DNA of 64,000 nucleotides from Gemmatimonadota bacterium (GTDB lineage Bacteria; Gemmatimonadota; Gemmatimonadetes; Longimicrobiales; Gaopeijiaceae): NCBI GenBank assembly GCA_034521595.1, contig JAXHMG010000003.1, positions 2,880,001 to 2,944,000 of the forward strand, read 5' to 3'. Shown piece by piece: positions 46,275 to 54,992 of this stretch (position 1 is its first letter; each line of letters starts with the position of its first letter). The notes under the pieces were generated by a model. It saw only the letters and a program-made list of their open reading frames with translations, ran no database searches and was not told where the DNA came from. The position numbers and the translations under genes were made by a program.

Positions 46275-46309
46275 AACGGCCCCCTTCTCCCCGCGAGGAG
46301 GGGGCCGTT
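46275..46309 (+). terminator. GC-rich hairpin after the OMP gene, probable intrinsic terminator
   Basis: AACGGCCCCCTTCTC-CCCGC-GAGGAGGGGGCCGTT: 15-bp stem with one G-U pair; the U-tract is weak. Confidence 0.65.
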
Positions 46310-46392
46310 CGCGTGCTGTAACGGGTTGGTGACGGGGCGCAACGAGGGTGAGATCGGTCACTCTCGATCCCCTCTCCTCGGAGCCAGAGCCC

Positions 46393-47268
46393 ATGTCCGG
46401 AGACGCGCCGCACGCCCCGCTCAGCATCCTGACCCACCCCTACACGGCACTGCATCCCTTCGACGGGGGCCGCCGCGCCCTCAAGGAAGCGGCTCGCGAC
46501 CCCGGGAGCGCGGTCGTCTGGCAGGTGGGCTCGGCCGAAGACCCACCCGAGGCGGAGCTACTTCGACGGCGCCCCGGAGGAATGGCCCTCCTCGTGGTGC
46601 TCCCTCACGCCGCGCGCATCTCCGGGAATCCCGAGCTGATCCGCCGCATCCAGGAGCTCCGGCCGCACGGCATTCTCCCTCGTTACGACGAGCTACGGCC
46701 CGTCGAGCTCGCGCACGTCCTCAGGCGCCCGCCCTTCGACCTCGCCGTGGACGTCACCGACTATATCGCCTGGCGTGGCCTCGAAGTCGACCAGGAGACG
46801 GTGCGCGTGATCCGGCGCATCGTCGAGCTCGCCGAAGAGTTGAAGTCGGTGACCGCCCTGGCGCGGAGCCTGTACATGTCGAGGCGAGCGCTCGGCCGGC
46901 GGTTCATGAGCCGGGGCCTCCCCGTGCCGTCCCACTGGCTGCAGATGGCGCGGCTGTTGCGGGTATCGTTGCGGCTCCAGAACAGCGATGCCAGCGTGTT
47001 TTCCGTGGCATGCGAGTTCGGATACCCCGACGGGTTCTCGGTCAGCAACCAGATGAGCCGGCTGTTCGGGTTCCGACCGACGGAAGTACGGGAGCGATTC
47101 GGATGGGAATGGATACTCGAAGCATGGCTGCGCCGGGAGGCGGAAGCCGGGGCGCTGACGCCGACCGTGGCGGGACGTGTGCGCGCGGAGGCGGACGATG
47201 AACCGGGGATGCCGCCGGCGATGCGCAAGCCCGCGCGGCCCGGTCGCAGAGTTCGGTCGGCCTCATGA
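46393..47268 (+). CDS. AraC-family HTH transcriptional regulator
   Basis: SVTALARSLYMSRRALGRRF...VFSVACEFGYPDGFSVSNQMSRLFGFRPTEVR. Confidence 0.85.
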   Translation: MSGDAPHAPLSILTHPYTALHPFDGGRRALKEAARDPGSAVVWQVGSAEDPPEAELLRRRPGGMALLVVLPHAARISGNPELIRRIQELRPHGILPRYDELRPVELAHVLRRPPFDLAVDVTDYIAWRGLEVDQETVRVIRRIVELAEELKSVTALARSLYMSRRALGRRFMSRGLPVPSHWLQMARLLRVSLRLQNSDASVFSVACEFGYPDGFSVSNQMSRLFGFRPTEVRERFGWEWILEAWLRREAEAGALTPTVAGRVRAEADDEPGMPPAMRKPARPGRRVRSAS

Positions 47269-50200
47269 CGGTCCCGATCCCGACGGGGGCCTGGGGCCGG
47301 AGTCGGCGGAGGGCACGGACGCCGCATGCCCATGACCACCGAGGAAGGCACGGGAAGAGCGTGTTGAACGAGGGGACCGACGCCGAAGGTGGCGTCCGGG
47401 TCGATCTGTTCGGGGGTCCCTCGGTATCGACCGATGACGAGGGTCTCGAGCTCACTCAGCAGCAGAAGGCGCTGCTCACGGTCCTGTTCGCTCACGGGCC
47501 CGAGGGGGTCGCGCGACCACGTCTCGGGTGGTTGATGTGGGAAGAAGACGAGAGCCCCCGCCTTCGCCAGCGCATCCGGCAGTTGCTCCACCGCACCCAC
47601 GAGCGGATCGGTCGCACGATCGTCGTCGCCGAGGACGACACCCTCAGGCCGGCACATGGGGTCTCCAACGATGTCGAACGGTTCGAGGGTTTGCTCCGGA
47701 GGGGGTCCCTGGCCGAGGCGGCCGGTCTTCTCTCCCACGGCTTCGCGCGCCGGCTCGGCACATGTCCAACGGATGCGTTCGAAGATTGGTTGGCGTCTCG
47801 ACGCACGAGGCTCCTCGAAGACCTCCGCAGGAGCGCCTCCCGTCGGTGGGACGAGACGTCCGAAGCCGGCCTCTGGGGCGAAGCGCGGGACGCCGCCGAA
47901 GCCCTCTACATGCATTTTCCCGCGGATGAGGCGGTCGTGGCCCGCGTGATCGAATCGCGAGCTCGTACCGGCAGCCTCGCGTCGGCCGAAGCGGTGTTCG
48001 CGCGGTTCCGCGCCTCCCGTGGTGACGAGGACGTTCCCGACGAGATCACGGCGCTCATGGAGCGGGCACGGAAGCTCCAGGCCGCGCCGCACATCGCCCT
48101 CCAGGAGGGTGAGCCTCACGCGCCGGTCGTGGGCCGAGGCGAGGAGATCGCCAACGCCCGCGCCGCGTTCGGGAACATGGGCGAGGGTGATTTTCGGTTC
48201 GTCCTGATCACCGGGGAAGGTGGGATCGGAAAGACCCGGGTGATCGAGGAAGTGAGGCGGGAAGCGTTGCTCGAAGGCTTTCGATGCATTCACGCACGCC
48301 CCTCCGAGCCGGAGCAGCGCATCCCCCTCAATCCGTTCGCGGACGCGTTCGAGGATGTGGATCTCGCCGGACATCTCAGGGCGCTCGGTGCTCCGTGGCG
48401 CTCCGTGATCGCATCGTTGCTTCCGATCGACGACGACGAGCCGCTCGAAGAGATCCCGCCGATCCAGGAGGCGCACCTCTCCCGACGGCTCATGGACGCG
48501 CTCTTCCTCCTCATGCAGCGGATCGCGGCCGAAGAGCCCACCATCCTCTTCATCGACGACCTCCAGTGGGCCGACGCCACGACGCTCACCGCGCTGCAGT
48601 TCATCCAGCGACGCTGGGAGCACGGTCCACTCGCCATCGTCGCCGCCGCGCGCGAGGACTTGCTCGAGGCATCCGAGCCCGGGAGTAACTATCTGTTCCG
48701 GAAGGACGACTTTCCGGTGGTACGCGTCGACCTGACCGAGCTCGATTCCGAAGATGGGCACCGCCTGGTCGACCATCTCATCGATGGACCCGTGGATCAC
48801 CACGTGGCCGCGCGCCTGTGCGAGCTCGCAGGCCTGCATCCGCTCTACCTCACCGAGCTCGCCAAGGACTTCGGCGCCGGCCGCTTGTCCTTGCCCGAGG
48901 TTCCCGTGGACGAGGTCGCGATCCCCGTATCACTCCAAGAGATCTTTCGGGCCCGTCTCCGCCTTCTTTCGTCCACTGCGACGAAGGTCGCCGGCCTGCT
49001 CGCCGTGCGCGCGAAGCCCATGCGCCTCGCCGAGATCGGCGAGCTCACGGGCCTACCCGTCGAGCACTGCGCGGACTGTGCAGAGGAGCTCACACGGCTC
49101 AGGCTCGTCGAGCTGGACAAGGATACGCTGCGGATCGCACACGAGCTCTTCCGAAGCGCCCTCTACCAGCACCTCAGCGAGGCGAGGCGGGCCGTGCTCC
49201 ACCGCGCCATCGCCGAGCAGCTCAAATCACGACCCGAAGAAGGGGTCGCCGGAGAGCTGGCCATGCACTACGCCCGGGCCGGCGAACGGGAACCCGCGGC
49301 CGAGCACGGGTGGAGCGCAGCCACCGCAGCCGTGGAGCACGGAGCGGTCGCGGAGGCCGCCTACTTCTTCGAGCTCGTCGTAGAGAACGAAGACGATGAA
49401 GGTCGGCGCGCCCGCGCTACAGCGGAGCTCGCCCGCGCGCTTCACCTCAACCGTGCAATCGAACGCGCGAACCCGTTGCTCGAGCTCGCCTCGCTCCGCC
49501 TCCGGCAGACGGGAGACCCGACACGCGCGCTCCGCATGGACATCCGGCGTGTCGAAGGCCTCGCCGAAGTCGGCAGCGCCCCCATCAACGATCTCATCGG
49601 TCGGCTGGCCGCCATCAAGGACGAAGCGCGCCAGATGGGAGATTGGGAAGCGCTAGCGTTGGCGTTGGATGCGGAGTTGCAGCTGCGGCACAGCACCGAA
49701 GATCTCCTGGGGATCCGTCGGTTGTTCGACGAAATGAGGCAAGTCACACGTGATGGGCCAACTGTCGCGTCAGCGATTGCCCATTCCGGCCTAGCACTGG
49801 GAATTCTGTTCGGCGATTACCGCGAGGCACTCCAATCGGCACGAACTGCAGTCCAAGAATGCGATCCCGAAAGCCAGCACAGGCTACGGATCCTTCTTAG
49901 GCTGCTCCTAGTTCTGCAGTATCAGGGATTGTTCTATTCCGCCGAAGCGACGGAACTGGTTCGGGAGGCGCGAAGCCTAGCAAAAACCAGTGGTGACTTG
50001 CTCTTGAGGTTCAACGTAGAAAGCAACGTGGCTGTAGCTCACTTGGATACTGGCGACTTAGACGCGGCTGAAGTCTTGATGGCTCAATCGACGGAGATGT
50101 TGGGCTCGGCAGAATTGAGCTTGAATCGGTTCAACCAGGCGAATAACTGTGGTGAATTGGCACTTGCGCAAAGAGACTACCCGAGGGCTAAACGTTGCTT

Positions 50201-50642
50201 TCATGACGCCGCCCAATACATCGGAATGCGAACGCCCCCTTACGCGGCGAAGCTAGTGCACGCCGGCCTGGGGCTTTGTGCAGCTGAAACAGGAGACCTA
50301 CGAACTGCGAAAGAACACGAAGCACAATTGTCTGATATGCCAACCTTCTGGTATTTCGACCCTACCTTGATCTTGGCATTTCGCAGTCGGATGCATCAGA
50401 CTCGGCAGGAGTACTCAGAAGCGAGCGAACTACTCGCAGTAGCCGCAGATGACCTGCAAGATAGATTGGTATTGGCTTGGTTGAAGATCAGGAAACTTCA
50501 TGCCCAGCTAGAAAGCAAACGGAACGTATACAGGGCCCAAGAATTGGCAGAGGAGGGGCTAGCATGTGCCCGTACATTGGGCCTAAAGCAAAGAACAAGC
50601 GAGTTTGCCGCCATCATTCGGAAGCTTAGTGACCGGCACTGA
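47265..50642 (+). CDS. BTAD-like/AAA ATPase (MalT/STAND-type)/TPR transcriptional regulator; start may be ~47361
   Basis: N-terminal wHTH/BTAD-like region (LLTVLF...LGWLMW...FEDWLASRR); Walker A ITGEGGIGKT; Walker B LFIDDLQWAD; GxP motif AGLHPLYL; helical TPR-like C-terminus. Confidence 0.85.
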   Translation: MTVPIPTGAWGRSRRRARTPHAHDHRGRHGKSVLNEGTDAEGGVRVDLFGGPSVSTDDEGLELTQQQKALLTVLFAHGPEGVARPRLGWLMWEEDESPRLRQRIRQLLHRTHERIGRTIVVAEDDTLRPAHGVSNDVERFEGLLRRGSLAEAAGLLSHGFARRLGTCPTDAFEDWLASRRTRLLEDLRRSASRRWDETSEAGLWGEARDAAEALYMHFPADEAVVARVIESRARTGSLASAEAVFARFRASRGDEDVPDEITALMERARKLQAAPHIALQEGEPHAPVVGRGEEIANARAAFGNMGEGDFRFVLITGEGGIGKTRVIEEVRREALLEGFRCIHARPSEPEQRIPLNPFADAFEDVDLAGHLRALGAPWRSVIASLLPIDDDEPLEEIPPIQEAHLSRRLMDALFLLMQRIAAEEPTILFIDDLQWADATTLTALQFIQRRWEHGPLAIVAAAREDLLEASEPGSNYLFRKDDFPVVRVDLTELDSEDGHRLVDHLIDGPVDHHVAARLCELAGLHPLYLTELAKDFGAGRLSLPEVPVDEVAIPVSLQEIFRARLRLLSSTATKVAGLLAVRAKPMRLAEIGELTGLPVEHCADCAEELTRLRLVELDKDTLRIAHELFRSALYQHLSEARRAVLHRAIAEQLKSRPEEGVAGELAMHYARAGEREPAAEHGWSAATAAVEHGAVAEAAYFFELVVENEDDEGRRARATAELARALHLNRAIERANPLLELASLRLRQTGDPTRALRMDIRRVEGLAEVGSAPINDLIGRLAAIKDEARQMGDWEALALALDAELQLRHSTEDLLGIRRLFDEMRQVTRDGPTVASAIAHSGLALGILFGDYREALQSARTAVQECDPESQHRLRILLRLLLVLQYQGLFYSAEATELVREARSLAKTSGDLLLRFNVESNVAVAHLDTGDLDAAEVLMAQSTEMLGSAELSLNRFNQANNCGELALAQRDYPRAKRCFHDAAQYIGMRTPPYAAKLVHAGLGLCAAETGDLRTAKEHEAQLSDMPTFWYFDPTLILAFRSRMHQTRQEYSEASELLAVAADDLQDRLVLAWLKIRKLHAQLESKRNVYRAQELAEEGLACARTLGLKQRTSEFAAIIRKLSDRH

Positions 50643-52061
50643 CTAAGTTCGGGCACGCAGTGACCAAGTCGGACGCGTGCTCGCTATGGGGGCCGTGAGG
50701 TTCGCCGGCGTCGTGGGAAGCTTTGTACTGACTTCGTCGCATTCAGCGGGGCGACGTACGCGGTCCATGGTTACCGCATAGTCCTGGAGAAGATTGGTCT
50801 CCCGCAAGATCTTCACGATCTGGGGATCAAACTGGAGGCCTGCGTGCTCCAACAGCTGCTCTTCAACCAGTTGCAACGGGAGCGCAGGTCGATAGGGGCG
50901 ATCAGACAGCATCGCATCAATCGCATCACAGGCCACGATGATCTTTGCTCCAATGGGAATGTCATTACCGCGGAGGCCGTCAGGGTAACCTTCACCATCT
51001 TCGCGCTCGTGATGATGGCGAACGGATAGAACGACGGCTTCTGGAACCGATGACAGGTCACGTAGCAGTTGTTCCCCACGGGTCACATGTGACTCAATAA
51101 TTGCCCGTTCGTCTGCACTGAGCGACGAAGGCTTTTGGAGGATGTCCGTGTAGAGCGCCTCGATCTTGCCGATATCGTGAAGCAGGGCCGCCATTTGTAC
51201 CTGTTCTACCATCCGGCGGGGAAGTCCTAGCTCTTCTGCGATCTGGCCAGCAAGAATCGATACTCGTTGCGAGTGGCCTGACGTGTAGGGATCCCGCGTC
51301 TCTATGGCCTTCACAAGTGCTGTGAGTAAGTCTTCGTTGGCCTCCCGCAACTTTGCCGTATTGAGGTAAGAGTAGCGAATGAAGAGCATGGGAAGCAGCA
51401 CCACCAAGATCCCGACGATTCCGAACTGGACATAGAGGAAGGCCACCGCAAGGGCGATAGGGCTAATGAGAAGGTCATTAACACTGCCCCCAGAGTTCCT
51501 CAAGACGAGTTCCCACACGCGCCGGAATGGCAACCCTTGGCTAAATGCAATCGCAAGAGCAACTGCTGCGTGATTGATGCCCAGAAACAGAAGGCCAAAG
51601 GTCACGAATGGCCACAGCTGACCTGCCAGACTACTGCCCTCTACCCAGGCCGGCCCACGGAGTGCAAGGCCTCCTAGTAGGTGGAAAGCCCAGCCCGCAA
51701 CAGTCACGGCAACTAGGGCCTGAGCAACATTGAACGACCCCCTAAACAAGCCCTTCCGTCGGACAGCGAATTCGGCAAATGAAAGGGTTACAACGATGAG
51801 GAGCGCGCCCGCTTGCGGCCCAAACAGCTGGACAGCAGCGAGCAAAGGCAGGAAGGTAATCGACGATCGACCCTCAGATCCGCCAACACTCAGAGCAATC
51901 GCCACGGACTCTGACATGAGACCGATGGCTATAAGCGTCACCAATCCGAGTAGGCTCGCCGGTGACAGGTCGCCCAAGGCGCTCCAGTCGGTTATCAGGA
52001 GACAGCTTACAGCCATCGCCCAAATGAGTCCGACATATATGCGAACTTGACGTTCGTGCAT
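50643..52061 (-). CDS. HD-GYP cyclic-dinucleotide phosphodiesterase with multi-TM N-terminal sensor (MASE9-like)
   Basis: About 7 hydrophobic helices, then ETRDPYTSGHSQRV, LLHDIGK, HHEREDGEGYPDGL and DAMLSDRPYR. Confidence 0.93.
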   Translation of the reverse strand: MHERQVRIYVGLIWAMAVSCLLITDWSALGDLSPASLLGLVTLIAIGLMSESVAIALSVGGSEGRSSITFLPLLAAVQLFGPQAGALLIVVTLSFAEFAVRRKGLFRGSFNVAQALVAVTVAGWAFHLLGGLALRGPAWVEGSSLAGQLWPFVTFGLLFLGINHAAVALAIAFSQGLPFRRVWELVLRNSGGSVNDLLISPIALAVAFLYVQFGIVGILVVLLPMLFIRYSYLNTAKLREANEDLLTALVKAIETRDPYTSGHSQRVSILAGQIAEELGLPRRMVEQVQMAALLHDIGKIEALYTDILQKPSSLSADERAIIESHVTRGEQLLRDLSSVPEAVVLSVRHHHEREDGEGYPDGLRGNDIPIGAKIIVACDAIDAMLSDRPYRPALPLQLVEEQLLEHAGLQFDPQIVKILRETNLLQDYAVTMDRVRRPAECDEVSTKLPTTPANLTAPIASTRPTWSLRART

Positions 52062-52080
52062 ACTGAGAAACCCCCTCAGT
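52062..52080 (-). promoter_or_regulatory. Hairpin occluding the HD-GYP ribosome-binding site
   Basis: Minus strand ACTGAG-GGGGTTT-CTCAGT immediately precedes ATG 52061 and contains the GAGGGGG SD-like sequence. Confidence 0.6.
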
Positions 52081-52084
52081 CCAC

Positions 52085-52159
52085 CTACCAGGTAACCAGT
52101 CCGCGATCAAAAATCGCGAAAACCGCGTCTATGGCGCCCATCAGTAGAGACACGAACAA
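52085..52159 (-). CDS. Unannotated 24-aa hydrophobic peptide MFVSLLMGAIDAVFAIFDRGLVTW
   Basis: Ideal SD AAAGGAGGTGA (52176-52166), 6-nt spacer, TTG start, and TGG-TAG end 23 nt before the HD-GYP ATG. Confidence 0.75.
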   Translation of the reverse strand: MFVSLLMGAIDAVFAIFDRGLVTW

Positions 52160-52323
52160 TTGCGCTCACCTCCTTTATGGTGGTGTCGGTCTCCGAAGTA
52201 ACCGCTGTGGAGTACCGCATGCGCTTCGCTCTACCGCTCGCCTTCGCTCTTAGGTTAGGCGGACCGAGGGGGCTCGTTTTTCTCCGTGGTGCGGGTGTAC
52301 AAGTAGGGACCTGCGGTCCCGCC

Positions 52324-53067
52324 TCAGAATTGGCCGCGGACCCAGCGGTCCGTGGCTTGTAGCGTGGCCAGGATCGCGGCACGATCGGGTGAGCCTGTCA
52401 CCGGGGTCGCGCCGGACAGGGCCGTGATGTGGCGGCCGTTGATCGCGTGAACGGCGGTCAGCACGAAGGTGCGATCGAACGCTTCGACGACTTTCACTCC
52501 ATCGAGAGCGAGCGTTATCCCGCGTCGCTCGTCGTCGATGCGGGATCGGGCCGCGAGCTCCACGGCTCCGAGCGTGGCATGGCCGACGGCATCGAGCTTC
52601 GCCCGTGGAACATCGGCGGCAACGGCATCTCCAGTGAACACATCCCCGTCCCATTCGATATCGACGTGGTGCCGGATCCGACTCGCCTGTTCCGTCTCCA
52701 TCCGGTGGTCGATAAAGAGCAGCCGCGACTCCGTGAGGGCGGGCTCGGGCTCCGGAGTGACCGGAACCGGCGGCTCATCTCCGAAATCGGGGCCCGACGG
52801 CCGTGGCTCGTCGGTCTGTGCGACAGAGATCTTCCGATGATCGACCGAGAGATCGAAGTAGGAGAGGAGGGCCGACTCGACGTTGCGCACGGTCTGCTTG
52901 GGCTTGATCCCATCGGTGGTGAGCAGGTGGATCTCGTCGACGTCGCCACCCGGCCGAGCCACCACGCGGGCGGACAACACACCGTTCAAGGACGTCAGCA
53001 GCCGTTCGGCTTCCTGGATGGTCCATCGGGCTCGTGTTACGGGGTGACCGGTCACGTAAGTCTCCAT
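52324..53067 (-). CDS. Conserved hypothetical protein (N-terminal 'GVLSARVV...EIHLL...PKQTVRNVESAL...DHRKISVAQ' domain; C-terminal region resembles the LeuA allosteric fold)
   Basis: Intact 247-aa ORF with two domains separated by a Pro/Glu linker. The C-terminus SGATPV...DRAAILATLQATDRW resembles the LeuA regulatory-domain end; this is recall-based inference. Confidence 0.75.
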   Translation of the reverse strand: METYVTGHPVTRARWTIQEAERLLTSLNGVLSARVVARPGGDVDEIHLLTTDGIKPKQTVRNVESALLSYFDLSVDHRKISVAQTDEPRPSGPDFGDEPPVPVTPEPEPALTESRLLFIDHRMETEQASRIRHHVDIEWDGDVFTGDAVAADVPRAKLDAVGHATLGAVELAARSRIDDERRGITLALDGVKVVEAFDRTFVLTAVHAINGRHITALSGATPVTGSPDRAAILATLQATDRWVRGQF

Positions 53068-53173
53068 GATCCCGGCGGGCAGAGAACGAGCTCGCCGGGA
53101 TGGATGTCGGACCCGCCGTGTGTGACGGACGGGAGTTGGCGCGAAAATTCAGATGTTTACGGAAAACCGGGTA

Positions 53174-53202
53174 CCTATATGCCGGGGCCCGAGCGAAGTC
53201 AA
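53174..53202 (-). promoter_or_regulatory. Sigma70-like promoter for the hypothetical/peptide/HD-GYP operon
   Basis: Minus strand TTGACT-17 nt-TATAGG in an AT-richer divergent intergenic region. Confidence 0.5.
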
Positions 53203-53417
53203 CATTCAATCAGGTAAAGGGAAAAGTTCGATATGGTCACGGCGTTTCCCGGTGTATGGATGATGAGGATGATTCAAAAAAAAATACGCGCGGGGGCGCA
53301 AGATAGACGCGTCCGGATCCGCGTCGGACGAGACAAGGCCAAGGGGCCCCATCCGGCTATGGGGGCGCCCACTGTTGCAAGGCATGCTCATACGAATGCA
53401 AATCCGATGCCTGGAGC

Positions 53418-54052
53418 ATGTTCATGGATGGCTTCCCCCCTGGTCTCGTCCCCTCCGAGGGCAGCCTGTTGGACGAGCGAGCTCGACCTGATTTCAGGGA
53501 CCTGTTCGGTACCTTGGCGCGCCGCTCCGACACGATATCGACGGCCGTGACGAGAGTCCGGATCACGACCGTGGACCTGGCCCCGGAGGAGCTCGAAGGG
53601 GTCACGTCTCTTCGGGTTCTCGTGGCGGAGCTCAGCGCGCTACGGCTCGACGCCGAGGCCAGGACCTTGCAGGCCGACGAGCGGCGCCGGGCGAACGTGG
53701 GGCCGTTGCTCACGATGCTCGAAGACGGCCGGCTCGAAGTACGCTCGGCGCCTCTCGGAGGGTGGTCCCCGGACTTCACGGTGTTCTCCTCGGGAACCAC
53801 GCCGCACGGAGTGCTGTCCGGCTTCCATTGGTTCGAGCGACCGTACCCGCACCGGGGTCCGGCGCTCGCCTCACTTCACAGGGGAGATGCGGCACGGATG
53901 GCACGCAATCGGTTCGACGAGCTGTGGGAGCTGGCGCACGATGTCGGGCCGGCGGTGTGGAGCATTCTGGCCCGCGCGCTCGAACGGCCGGCCCGCGCCG
54001 GGGAGCGCGTGCTCCGAGCGTCGCCGTCCCGACGCGATCGGGGATCCGTTGA
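53418..54052 (+). CDS. Hypothetical protein, possibly a degenerate PLD/TrmB-like domain; true stop uncertain
   Basis: Protein-like for ~195 aa (GRLEVRSAPL...PDFTVF...VLSGFHWF...FDELWELA). The listed frame then runs through the tRNA; a TGA lies at 54050-54052 in another frame. Confidence 0.55.
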
Positions 54053-54077
54053 CACCCTCGACTTCCGCGAGTTTATT
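54049..54077 (+). promoter_or_regulatory. Sigma70 promoter of tRNA-Asn
   Basis: TTGACA (54049-54054), 17-nt spacer, TTTATT (54072-54077). Confidence 0.65.
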
Positions 54078-54110
54078 AGGATTCCTGTGGGCTTTGTCAT
54101 CCCACACCGA

Positions 54111-54183
54111 TCCGGCGTAGCTCAGTTGGTAGAGCAGCTGACTGTTAATCAGCGGGTCACAGGTTCGAGTCCTGTCGCCGGAG
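54111..54183 (+). tRNA. tRNA-Asn(GTT), CCA not encoded
   Basis: Acceptor stem TCCGGCG/CGCCGGA, D-arm GCTC-AGTTGGTA-GAGC, anticodon arm GCTGA-CTGTTAA-TCAGC, T-loop GGTTCGAGTCC. Confidence 0.97.
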
Positions 54184-54233
54184 CTTCAGAAGTTGCTTAC
54201 CGACCGCGGCCCTCGTGGCTCAACAGCCCGCGG

Positions 54234-54992
54234 TCAGGGTGTTCGCGGGCCGCCTTCGCGCTCCAACCGCCCCGCAATCCACACGGTCCGGTACACGGCC
54301 GTGCCGGTCGTCCCCACGGCGAGCAGAACCACCAGGCCGAGCAGAAGGGACCCGGGTGCCCAGCCCAGCACGGACGTGACCGCGGGATCCAGGATCCCAC
54401 CGAAGCCGACGAGCAGCAGGCGCTCGGCGCGCTGCAGGATCCCGACCTTGCACACCACTCCGACGCTCTCGCCCCGGGCCCGGGCGTAGCTCACCAGCAG
54501 CGACCCGCCCAACGCGGTGGCCACCGCCGCCACCGCCCAGGCCTCGCTCCGGAACAGGACCGCGAGCCCGACGAGCGCCCCGACCTCCGCGAACCGGTCG
54601 AGCGTCGAGTCGAGGAAGGCGCCACGGTCGTCGGCCATGCCGCGTGCCCGGGCGATCCGTCCGTCGAGCACGTCCATGGCGCCGCCCAACAGCACTGCCC
54701 ACCCGGCCGGGTTCGTCCACCCCGCGGCGAACAGCGCGCCGCCGGCCACGCCGAACCCGACGCCGAGGAGGTTGAACGCGGTGGGCGAGAGCCGGAGCGC
54801 GAGGGCGCCACGCTCCACGGGCCCGACGAACCAGTAGAACCAACTCCGCACGAAGCCGCCGAGCACGAAGCCGCCGCGGTCGGAGATCTCGTGCGGATCG
54901 CGGCCCCGCCGCGCGGCGCCGAGCGCGTAGATCGGCATGGAGAGGACCGCGGCCGCCAGGATCATGACGAGAACGAGGATATCTGTGCGCAT
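54234..54992 (-). CDS. CDP-alcohol phosphatidyltransferase
   Basis: Signature DVLDGRIARARGMADDRGAFLDSTLDR; LVSYARARGE and RAER; TGATG overlap with the upstream gene. Confidence 0.92.
   Translation of the reverse strand: MRTDILVLVMILAAAVLSMPIYALGAARRGRDPHEISDRGGFVLGGFVRSWFYWFVGPVERGALALRLSPTAFNLLGVGFGVAGGALFAAGWTNPAGWAVLLGGAMDVLDGRIARARGMADDRGAFLDSTLDRFAEVGALVGLAVLFRSEAWAVAAVATALGGSLLVSYARARGESVGVVCKVGILQRAERLLLVGFGGILDPAVTSVLGWAPGSLLLGLVVLLAVGTTGTAVYRTVWIAGRLEREGGPRTP

Noticed and set aside
52085-52159. Peptide as a RiPP precursor or classical trp attenuator leader
   Set aside because: No modifying enzymes, protease or ABC exporter nearby, no tandem Trp codons, no terminator with U-tract, and the downstream gene is not biosynthetic.
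52180-52322. c-di-GMP riboswitch upstream of the HD-GYP gene
   Set aside because: I could not find the class I or class II consensus by eye. An Rfam search would be needed, so it is kept only as an unclassified structured leader.
49650-54183. tRNA-integrated genomic island or prophage
   Set aside because: No integrase, phage genes or duplicated tRNA 3' end seen. The low-GC tract lies upstream of the tRNA and is separated from it by high-GC genes.
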